DNA of 61,066 nt from Candidatus Omnitrophota bacterium. Lineage in GTDB: Bacteria; Ratteibacteria; UBA8468; B48-G9; DTJG01. Location of the stretch: the NCBI GenBank assembly GCA_023818375.1, contig JAMWCC010000059.1, forward strand, positions 1,901-62,966, read 5' to 3'. The notes beneath the pieces were generated by a model that saw only the letters and a list, made by a program, of their open reading frames with translations, searched no databases and was not told the DNA's origin. Positions within the stretch are counted from its first letter, which is position 1, and the number at the start of each line of letters is the position of its first letter. Of the stretch, positions 47,398-55,255 are shown piece after piece. The position numbers were made by a program, and so were the translations under genes.

Positions 47398-47451
47398 TTT
47401 TTCCCTTTACACTTTAGACATTTTATTTCAAAGGTAGGTTTATTGCAAAAG

Positions 47452-47482
47452 AAAAAGGGCTGGTGAATCACCAGCCCTTTTT
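47452..47482 (-). terminator. Rho-independent terminator (symmetrical, potentially bidirectional)
   Basis: aaaaaGGGCTGGTG-aat-CACCAGCCCttttt forms a 9-bp GC-rich stem extended by A/T pairs with a 3-nt loop. A T-run follows on the minus strand, 18 nt downstream of the stop at 47500. Confidence 0.8.
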
Positions 47483-47499
47483 CTTATATCCTATCCAGC

Positions 47500-47847
47500 C
47501 TACTTTTTGGGCGCTTCCTTTGCAGGTGGTGGCGGCATCAATTCTGATAGCTGTTTTTTCAATGCCTGATATTCTTCATTCTTCTCAAGAAGAGTTTCAA
47601 GTCTTGCCCTGCGCTGTTTTTCAAGCTCCTGCATCTGTGCTGTAATTTTCTTGCATTCTTCATCCTGGGAAGCAACCTGTCTTTCAATGGCTCTCATTTT
47701 CCCTTGAATTTCTGCCGCTTGTTTCTTTTTAGCTGCAATCTCCTCCTGCGAAGGTGGAGGTTGACCCGGTTTTTCCTGCGCATTGAGAGCAACTGCATAA
47801 CCTAAAACCAAAGTACAAGCCATAATAAACAATATCAAATATTTCAT
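47500..47847 (-). CDS. Secreted coiled-coil protein (one copy of the same module)
   Basis: ATG 47847 follows AAGGAGGTGA. Signal peptide MKYLILFIMACTLVLGYAVALNA. Module: DEECKKITAQMQELEKQRRARLETLLEKNEEYQALKKQL. Confidence 0.65.
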   Translation of the reverse strand: MKYLILFIMACTLVLGYAVALNAQEKPGQPPPSQEEIAAKKKQAAEIQGKMRAIERQVASQDEECKKITAQMQELEKQRRARLETLLEKNEEYQALKKQLSELMPPPPAKEAPKK

Positions 47848-47897
47848 GTTTTCACCTCCTTTTCTGATATTCTTATTTTTTAGATTAGTGTTTTTAT

Positions 47898-49043
47898 TCA
47901 AGGTTTAGTATCCTGTGCTCTGATTTTATTCACAAGATTTACAAAAAACCTTATATTTCGTTCAACCTTCTCGCCTGATTTTGTAATTATAACCACAATA
48001 TCAACCCGCCTGTCTTTGCAAACATCTACAATTTCAGAAACAGCTTTGTATATATTTTCTTCTGTTTCGTTTTCAAAATCAAATTGCGGTGGATGAAGTG
48101 TTATCTGAAGATGTGTATGGGGTAAAGCCTCCTTCAATTTTTTCATCGCCCCTCTTACGTATCTTGTCTGCATAAAAACAATTTTTTCCCTGTTAGGATA
48201 TTTCGCCCATACATCATAAAGGTGAACCGAGAGACCACAGGAATGCAAATTGCAAAAGAGGTCACCATATTTTTGAACAAGCTTCAAGTCAAAACCCATT
48301 GCGTATTTTTCATAGAGAGCAGGAGAAAGCATACAGGAAAAATCTCCCCCAAAAGAACTTATCCCATTAAATTGTTTTATGCCATAAAAATTATGCAAAA
48401 ATTCAGTGTAACTTGTGCTCAGCTTAAAACAAAACTCAAGCATCGCATACCCTAATTCAGGATTTGAAGCAAGTGTAACAAAAAAATCTTCTGTTCCCCA
48501 AAGAAAATGGCCGATATCGATGAATGTGAAAAATACCGCAAAACATACCTTTTTTCCGTTGAATTCCCTATGCCAAACAACAAATTCTTCTGAATGAGGA
48601 TATTTGTTTCTTTTTGCCAGTTTCTCATTATACTCGATCATTTTTCTTATCAGAATCTGATCCTGCCATACGGGAACTTTAAGGCTTCGAACATATTCAA
48701 TGGAATCAGCCCATCTCAAAGGTGGATTTGTCCTGTCAAACCAGAACATGCTTTCTTCTTCGATCCACCTTGGTTGACCTGCGCCATAAGCCATGGCACA
48801 GACATGCCTTGGATCCGGCTGAAGATAGTAATAGATAGGTTTCGGTTGAGGATCACCAAGTCCAATATCTGAAAATCTTTCATAAAGTTTCTTACTAATT
48901 TTGATTGAAATTTCAACAATTTCATCAGGGTCTGTTTTCCATGGATTTGGATTTCTTATACCGAATTCTCTTTCATACCATTGCGAAGTAAAAGTAACGA
49001 CCGGCTTTATTTTGGACTTTTCTTCACCGTTCATTATTCGCAA
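47898..49043 (-). CDS. URO-D/MT2-like family protein (divergent), H-x-C-G subtype
   Basis: 381 aa; the start may be ATG 49034. FGGDFSCMLSPALYEKY and CNLHSCGLSVHLYD parallel FGDDWGQQTGLIMGP and FIHSCGKVDELF of ORF 28312. Confidence 0.45.
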   Translation of the reverse strand: MRIMNGEEKSKIKPVVTFTSQWYEREFGIRNPNPWKTDPDEIVEISIKISKKLYERFSDIGLGDPQPKPIYYYLQPDPRHVCAMAYGAGQPRWIEEESMFWFDRTNPPLRWADSIEYVRSLKVPVWQDQILIRKMIEYNEKLAKRNKYPHSEEFVVWHREFNGKKVCFAVFFTFIDIGHFLWGTEDFFVTLASNPELGYAMLEFCFKLSTSYTEFLHNFYGIKQFNGISSFGGDFSCMLSPALYEKYAMGFDLKLVQKYGDLFCNLHSCGLSVHLYDVWAKYPNREKIVFMQTRYVRGAMKKLKEALPHTHLQITLHPPQFDFENETEENIYKAVSEIVDVCKDRRVDIVVIITKSGEKVERNIRFFVNLVNKIRAQDTKP

Positions 49044-49061
49044 CCCTAATTAAATTTTAGT

Positions 49062-50054
49062 TCACCATGCGTAGGATTCTGGCGCCTGCCCTGGACCAGG
49101 AAAAATCTCGTCAAGCTCCTTCAATATTTCGTTGTCCAGTTTTATTTCAGTTGCGCGTATAACACTTTCAAGTTGTTGCACAGTCCTTGGTCCAATAATT
49201 GGAGCCGTAACCACGGGATTATGTAGAAGCCACGCAAGCGCTATAACTGCTGGTTCTTCGCCAATTTTCTTACAGAGTTTCTCAAATCTTTCAATCTGAT
49301 GCTTTTTTTCCTGATATGTTTTAAGAAGCCCCTGGTCTGAACGTCTCCCATCAGTTTTTTCCTTGATCCCGGCAAGAAGGCCACCGGCAAGGGGACTATA
49401 AGGAATAAAACCCAATCCATAATACTGGCAGGCTGGAAGAACTTCAAGTTCCACTGTTCTATTCATAAGGTTGTAGATGCTCTGCTCACTCACGAGTCCT
49501 GCCAAATTTCGTTTTTGTGCTTCCTGACATGCAGTTGCAATATCCCATCCAGCAAAATTACTTGAGCCCACATAAACAATTTTTCCCTGATTTATCAAAG
49601 AACCAAATGCCTGCCAAATTTCATCCCAGGGACATTGCCTGTCAATGTGATGCATCTGATATATATCAATCCATTCAGTTTGTAGCCGACGCAGACTGTT
49701 TTCACAATGTTTTTTTATCTTCATTGCAGAAAGACACCTAGTCTCTGAATTTGGTTCAGGCCTGTTTTCTTTTCTTTTAACAGGATTGTATACCTTTGTA
49801 GCAAGGACGACTGCCTGTCTTCTTCCATTTCCCTGCGCGAACCATCTGCCAATAATAAGTTCTGTATCGCCGTGCTGACCAGACCATCCATAAACATCAG
49901 CAGTATCAAAAAAATTTATTCCCAATTCAAGTGCTCGATCCATAATCTTGAAACTGTCCTTTTCAGATGTGTACCAGCCAAAATTCATTGTGCCAAGACA
50001 GATATTGCTCACAAGTACTCCGTGCTTACCGAGTCGTCTATATTCAATCGCCAT
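49062..50054 (-). CDS. Aldo/keto reductase
   Basis: YRRLGKHGVLVSNICLGTMNFG, GINFFDTADVYG, IYQMHHID and SNFAGW are the classic AKR signature. Confidence 0.9.
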   Translation of the reverse strand: MAIEYRRLGKHGVLVSNICLGTMNFGWYTSEKDSFKIMDRALELGINFFDTADVYGWSGQHGDTELIIGRWFAQGNGRRQAVVLATKVYNPVKRKENRPEPNSETRCLSAMKIKKHCENSLRRLQTEWIDIYQMHHIDRQCPWDEIWQAFGSLINQGKIVYVGSSNFAGWDIATACQEAQKRNLAGLVSEQSIYNLMNRTVELEVLPACQYYGLGFIPYSPLAGGLLAGIKEKTDGRRSDQGLLKTYQEKKHQIERFEKLCKKIGEEPAVIALAWLLHNPVVTAPIIGPRTVQQLESVIRATEIKLDNEILKELDEIFPGPGQAPESYAW

Positions 50055-50177
50055 ATCACTCCTTTTCTTAAAGATACTGCTATTGGGTTTATTTCAACAG
50101 TTTTTCAAAATTTGTCAAGAGTGATAAAATTTAAAGTAATTTTCATATCATAATAACCAAGGATCAAAACAAAGTCA

Positions 50178-51317
50178 ATGAAAACAAAATTATGGTCTTC
50201 CTGTGAAGTGGCAAAGCCATCAAAAAAACAGGATATCATCGTATATCGCGACGATGAATATTGCTCAAACTGGCCGATGAGCGGTGGTATGTGGCGTTTT
50301 GATGATGATGAAATTTTGGTAGGATTCACCAGATTAAAGGTCGACTACAAAAAAGTTGGTTCCACAAATCATCTACACCTTGACACCTGGGGCCAGTTGT
50401 GCCTTGTAAGGTCCAAAGATGATGGTGAAACATGGGAAAATGAAGTTGAGGTTGTGGTAAACAAGCGTGATGTGGCAATTGAATTTTTTCAGGAAGGAAA
50501 ACAAAACATGAACCAGAACCCTGTTGATTTCACATCTCCAGATACAATATTGCTATGTAATTATGTCGGAGAACATCTGTGGGCAAAAACTTATGGTGAG
50601 GTCAGGTTCTGGAGCATGATTATGGCTTCCCCTGATCGGGGTAAGTCCTGGCCACTCGGTCCCATAATTAAGAAACCTCGACACCTTTTTAGCGCCTGGG
50701 GACTGCCAAATTATGTCATTCGTCCCAATGGAAATGTTTTAATTTTCAATGACTGTGTTCCCTGTGAAAACGAGAAAGATGGTCAGATGTATATTTACTG
50801 TGATATTCTTGAAAATAATGGACTCTGCTGGAATTATTTTGGTATATTGCCTTTAGAAAGGCGTGATGCAAGATTAATCATACATGGCTCACCTGTGATG
50901 ATAGGTGAAACTTCCATTCTCCTTGCTGTACGAGCACAAACGCCGCCAAATATTGTGTATGTCATGCTATATCGCAGCGATGATTATGGAAGAAACTGGT
51001 ACACTATTGGCCGTGTAACAGATATTGGTGGTACGCCGCATCTTTTGAGGTTGCGCGATGGTAGAATTCTCTTAACTTATGAAAGACGTTTCCCCCCTTG
51101 TGGAATCCGGGCGCGCATATCCGAAGATGCTGAAGGCATTATATGGGGGCCAGAAATTGTACTGCGCGACGACGGCGGGAGTGACATCGGATATAGCCGC
51201 AGTGTACAGAGAAAGGACGGCTCAATACTTACAGTTTATTATTTTGTAAATGCCGCGGAACGCAAGAATAACCAGGAACCGACACGGTATATTGCTGGCA
51301 CAATATGGAAACCATAA
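50178..51317 (+). CDS. BNR/Asp-box beta-propeller (sialidase-like)
   Basis: Asp-boxes RSKDDGETW, SPDRGKSW, RSDDYGRNW, and VQRKDGSIL. No signal peptide. Confidence 0.6.
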   Translation: MKTKLWSSCEVAKPSKKQDIIVYRDDEYCSNWPMSGGMWRFDDDEILVGFTRLKVDYKKVGSTNHLHLDTWGQLCLVRSKDDGETWENEVEVVVNKRDVAIEFFQEGKQNMNQNPVDFTSPDTILLCNYVGEHLWAKTYGEVRFWSMIMASPDRGKSWPLGPIIKKPRHLFSAWGLPNYVIRPNGNVLIFNDCVPCENEKDGQMYIYCDILENNGLCWNYFGILPLERRDARLIIHGSPVMIGETSILLAVRAQTPPNIVYVMLYRSDDYGRNWYTIGRVTDIGGTPHLLRLRDGRILLTYERRFPPCGIRARISEDAEGIIWGPEIVLRDDGGSDIGYSRSVQRKDGSILTVYYFVNAAERKNNQEPTRYIAGTIWKP

Positions 51318-51326
51318 TTTGTTTTA

Positions 51327-51964
51327 ATGAGCAAAGACCAGACACACCAGATAATCATTGATTTTGACGGAGCAAAAAAGAAAGTATTCAAAGAATGCAA
51401 GGAAGAATCAATGAACCAGCGGCTTGAGTATCCAGTACAAGACCGGAAAACATGGAATGAGTATAAAAAAAGGTTGGACCCGGATTTTCCATTAAGATTT
51501 CCATGCTGGTGAGAAGATGAAAAGAAAAAATACAAAGATGTAACTTATCCTGGGGGAGTTTCTGCTGGAAATTTTTTTGGCTGGATGCGGACTTGGATCG
51601 GGATGGAACATTTAAGTTATCTCATCACTGATAACCCTGTGCTTATAGAGGAAATACAGGAGCATCTGGAATATCTTTTTCTTTCAGCTTTGAAAAAGGC
51701 TTTGAATGACACAAGAGTGGATTGCCCATTTCTGAAAGGATATGGCTTTATAAAAATGGTTCCCTTGTTTCTCCTAATTTCGTGAAAAAATTCATGGTGC
51801 CCCATTATAAAAAGGTTGTGGAACTTCTTCATTCAAAAGGAGTGGATATTATCACACTGGATTTAGACGGAAATATCTGGAAATTAATTCCTCTGCGGAT
51901 TGAATGTGGAATAAACGGGGTTATGCCGAATGAAGATGTGCCATTCAGTAATTATATATATTAG
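51327..51964 (+). pseudogene. Decayed URO-D-like paralog (nonsense mutation + frameshift + truncation at both ends)
   Basis: Three ORF pieces align colinearly with ORF 45509. RLDPDFPLRFPCW-TGA matches RYDPSSPIRYPLWW. MRTWIGMEHLSYLITDNPVLIEE matches LRRWVGTENISYMFYDDPVLVEE. After a frame change, NGSLVSPNFVKKFMVPHYKK...LDLDGNIWKLIPLRIECGIN matches GGPLISPEIFKKFFMPYYKK...LDSDGNCEVLIPLMIECGIN. Confidence 0.75.
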
Positions 51965-52015
51965 CTCGAAACCTTGAGAAAACTGGTATCATGATAAAAT
52001 ATTGAAAAAGGAGAT

Positions 52016-52978
52016 ATGATGAAAAAAGTACCACTTGCAAATCCAAAACCTGATATTGAAACACAAAAAAAATATTTTCTTAATAGCATTGAAGTTTACT
52101 ACAAAATGGGCTATGACTTTTATAGAATTACTGGTGCTGTTGGGCTTGCCTTTCCCGGAAAGACAAGACAGGGCAAAGACACCGCCATATTTTCAAGAGG
52201 AACAAGAAACTGGGCAGAAGAAAAACAGGGTCCAATTTCAAGCTGGGAGGATTTTGAATGTTATCCCTGGCCTGACCCAAGAAAATTTGACTACTGGTAC
52301 TATGATTTTATTTCAAAAAATCTTCCTGATGGAATGGGTATACTTGTATGCCCTTCAAGTGGTTTTCTTGAAATACCCCTTGACACGCTTTTTGGATACG
52401 AAAATTTATGTTATTTGATGTATGATGAGCCAGATCTTGTTTCTGCTGTTTTCAGAAAGGTTGGAGAAATTTTGTATGCCTATTATGAACACATAACAAG
52501 CCTTCCAAAACTTGTTGGTTTTTTCCAAGGAGATGATATGGGATTTAAAACTGGAACCCTTGTTCCACCTGAGTTTTTGAAGACCCACGTCCTACCGTGG
52601 CACAAAAAGCTTGCAGAACTTGCTCATAAAAACGGTTTGATATATCTTTTACATGCATGCGGAAACCTTGAAAAGATAATGCCTGATTTGATTAATGATG
52701 TAAAAATTGATGGAAAACATTCTTACGAAGATGAAGGAAATCCTGTTTGGGAAACAAAAAAGAAATATGGGGATAAGATTGCAGTTCTTGGTGGAATTGA
52801 TGTTGATAAACTTGCAAGATACGAAGAAAATCAGCTAAGAAATCATGTAAAGAAAATTCTTGATTTATGTATGCCAGGCGGAAGATACTGCCTGGGTTCA
52901 GGAAATACTGTAACAAACTATATACCATTGAGAAACTATTTCGCAATGGTTGAGGAAGGACTGAATTACTGTGGTTGA
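52016..52978 (+). CDS. URO-D/MT2-like family protein, H-x-C-G subtype
   Basis: 320 aa with an AAGGAG RBS. Motifs: FFQGDDMGFKTGTLVPP, YLLHACGNLEKIMPDL, VLGGIDVDKLA. Confidence 0.6.
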   Translation: MMKKVPLANPKPDIETQKKYFLNSIEVYYKMGYDFYRITGAVGLAFPGKTRQGKDTAIFSRGTRNWAEEKQGPISSWEDFECYPWPDPRKFDYWYYDFISKNLPDGMGILVCPSSGFLEIPLDTLFGYENLCYLMYDEPDLVSAVFRKVGEILYAYYEHITSLPKLVGFFQGDDMGFKTGTLVPPEFLKTHVLPWHKKLAELAHKNGLIYLLHACGNLEKIMPDLINDVKIDGKHSYEDEGNPVWETKKKYGDKIAVLGGIDVDKLARYEENQLRNHVKKILDLCMPGGRYCLGSGNTVTNYIPLRNYFAMVEEGLNYCG

Positions 52979-53844
52979 TTTTTCAGGGAAAACAAGATCC
53001 CGCTCACAATCAAAAGCCCACCAATAACTGTTGCTGAACTGACACGCTGATTCAGAAACGTTATTGCCAGTAATGCTGTTGTAAGCGGAGCAAGAAACTG
53101 AGTGATTCCGGGAATAATTGTTTTCAACCTGTCTATAGAATAAAACCACAATGTAAACCCAATTCCGGCAGGAACGATACCAAGATAGATACTGATAAGG
53201 ATATTTTTCACATCAAAAACTAAAAGGATATTTGAAAAATAAACAATAATACCCAGCATTATTGAACCAAAAACTGATGCCCACAAGGTACTCAGAATTG
53301 CACCATATTTTTCAATAACATTTGTCTTTTTACCCCAGACAGAATAAAAAGCCCAGCAAAAAGATGCACATGCTGCAAGAGTGTTTCCCTTCAGGTTTGA
53401 ATGAGAAATTTTACTCAAATCTCCTTGGGTAAAAATAAGCCAGCATCCTGCAATTCCAACTAAAAGACCTGCCAATTCCGAAATTCCAATTTTTTCCCGC
53501 AACAAAAAAAACCCGAGGATTGCTATTATGAAACCATTGGCGTTCATTAATAAGCTTGTAATTGTTGAATCTGTAAACCTTAATGAATAAAAGATAAAGA
53601 TATTCATTCCAGCAATGCCTGTAGCTCCAAGCAGAAGAAAATTAAGCACATCTTTTTTTTCAAGAAAAAATTTACCTTTAGCTATAAAATGGTAAAAAAA
53701 CAAAAATATGCTGGCAGACAGAAATCTAAAAAAAGCAACACCAAGTGGGTGAAAACCAGTTTGAACAGCAATCTGGCCAAAAAAGAAAACAGTTCCCCAG
53801 GACGCAGAAGCCAGAACTCCTGCAATTATTGCTTTCTTATTCAT
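52966..53844 (-). CDS. DMT superfamily (EamA) transporter
   Basis: 292 aa with ~10 predicted TM segments in two EamA-like halves. Confidence 0.8.
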   Translation of the reverse strand: MNKKAIIAGVLASASWGTVFFFGQIAVQTGFHPLGVAFFRFLSASIFLFFYHFIAKGKFFLEKKDVLNFLLLGATGIAGMNIFIFYSLRFTDSTITSLLMNANGFIIAILGFFLLREKIGISELAGLLVGIAGCWLIFTQGDLSKISHSNLKGNTLAACASFCWAFYSVWGKKTNVIEKYGAILSTLWASVFGSIMLGIIVYFSNILLVFDVKNILISIYLGIVPAGIGFTLWFYSIDRLKTIIPGITQFLAPLTTALLAITFLNQRVSSATVIGGLLIVSGILFSLKNQPQ

Positions 53845-53849
53845 CTTGA

Positions 53850-55154
53850 TTAATCAAGCAGGCTAGCAATTTTTATTGGGATACCCTTTTTTGCTGACAT
53901 CCAAACTGCCTCTCCTATTGCAACAGAATATGCTCCATCGATACTGTTAGCGCATAAACCAAGTTCCTTTGATTCCTGGGTTGGAGAAACAAAAATGTCG
54001 TGTTTTATGATATGGTCGGATCCGCCATGACCTCCAACAACAACTGGTACATCGTGAATCTGCCTTGTACCAAAAAGTGGAATATAGGTAATTGTCTGTC
54101 TTTCTGGCTTTGGAAACGGACATCTGTCAGAGGGTGTATTTACATACATAGTCTCGATTCTTCCACCAGTGCCATTGATTGCAAGGATATAACCCTCCCA
54201 GGGAGTTGATGCGTTAAAGGAATATGTCATGCTGGCTCCATTTTTGTATTTTACAACTGCTGAATAGGTATCTTCAATATCTATATCCTCATCATAGTAA
54301 TAAAGTTCTTTTGGATACTGAACCTTATATGGCAGATAAAATGTATCCTTGTAAATCTGCATATGTTTTGATTCAGGTAAAGGAACTACTTCTCCAACCC
54401 ATTTCTGGTAATATGGACATCTCTTTTTAATCTCTTCCAGACTCAATTTTCTTTTTGATTTTTTTTGCGGGTTAAAGGGACTATTTGACCCGAAATAATT
54501 AAGTGCACCAAACGCAAAAACTGTTTCAGGAATGTCATTGACAAACCAGTTGATGAGGTCAAAGTGGTGGCAGGATTTGTGCACACTAAGACCACCTGAA
54601 AATTTGCGATTTCTGTTCCATCTTAAAAAATAACTTGCTCCATGCCAGGTATCCAAATTATAAACAAATTCAATGTTTGTGATTTTTCCTAAAGCTCCAT
54701 CAAGTATAAGTTTTTTTATGTATTTATGCGCAGGGGTGTATCTGTAATTAAAAGTTACAATCACCTTACCCTTGCTTTTCTTTTCTGCTTCAAGAACCTG
54801 TTTTGCCTGCTTGCTTGTAATGGTCATCGGTTTTTCAACAATTACATCAAGGTTATGCTTTAATCCTGCTATTATATATTCAGCATGGGTATAATCAGCA
54901 CCAGCAACAATCAAAGCATCGGGTTTTGTTTCTTTTATCATCTTTTCAAACTCATCGGGTCTGTATGCTGGAATGATTGTTTTTTGTCTCTGGTTAAAAA
55001 TCTTTATTCTTTCTGTATCAATATCAAGAGCTGCCACCACCTTTCCGTATTTACTAAAATCTCCATATTCTGGAAGATCAGGAATGCCAATAAGTGGAAC
55101 AACATATTGTGCGATTGCTCTTATGCTAAAACCGCAAACAGAGTATCTTTTCAT
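53850..55154 (-). CDS. Gfo/Idh/MocA family oxidoreductase (atypical N-terminal dinucleotide motif)
   Basis: VIVEKPMT (EKP motif) with an N-terminal Rossmann-like layout and a long C-terminal domain. The glycine-rich loop is degenerate (YSVCGFSIRAI). Confidence 0.7.
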   Translation of the reverse strand: MKRYSVCGFSIRAIAQYVVPLIGIPDLPEYGDFSKYGKVVAALDIDTERIKIFNQRQKTIIPAYRPDEFEKMIKETKPDALIVAGADYTHAEYIIAGLKHNLDVIVEKPMTITSKQAKQVLEAEKKSKGKVIVTFNYRYTPAHKYIKKLILDGALGKITNIEFVYNLDTWHGASYFLRWNRNRKFSGGLSVHKSCHHFDLINWFVNDIPETVFAFGALNYFGSNSPFNPQKKSKRKLSLEEIKKRCPYYQKWVGEVVPLPESKHMQIYKDTFYLPYKVQYPKELYYYDEDIDIEDTYSAVVKYKNGASMTYSFNASTPWEGYILAINGTGGRIETMYVNTPSDRCPFPKPERQTITYIPLFGTRQIHDVPVVVGGHGGSDHIIKHDIFVSPTQESKELGLCANSIDGAYSVAIGEAVWMSAKKGIPIKIASLLD

Positions 55155-55255
55155 TTTTTCTCCTGGTTGAACTAGAACTTTTATAGTTTATTTTTTTTCC
55201 TTGCCCTGTCAACAGTTGTCAAGTTATATAATATAATGGAACCAGGAGCAATTAT

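Noticed and set aside
27997-51512. Alternative genetic code (TAG or TGA read as sense), suggested by the in-frame TAG in the TolC-like gene and the in-frame TGA at a Trp position in 51327-51964
   Set aside because: Dozens of long ORFs here close normally on TAA, TAG or TGA with the standard code and show no other internal stops. TAG terminates genes at 11223 and 16546. The TGA case sits in a gene that also has a frameshift and truncations, so it is a pseudogene.
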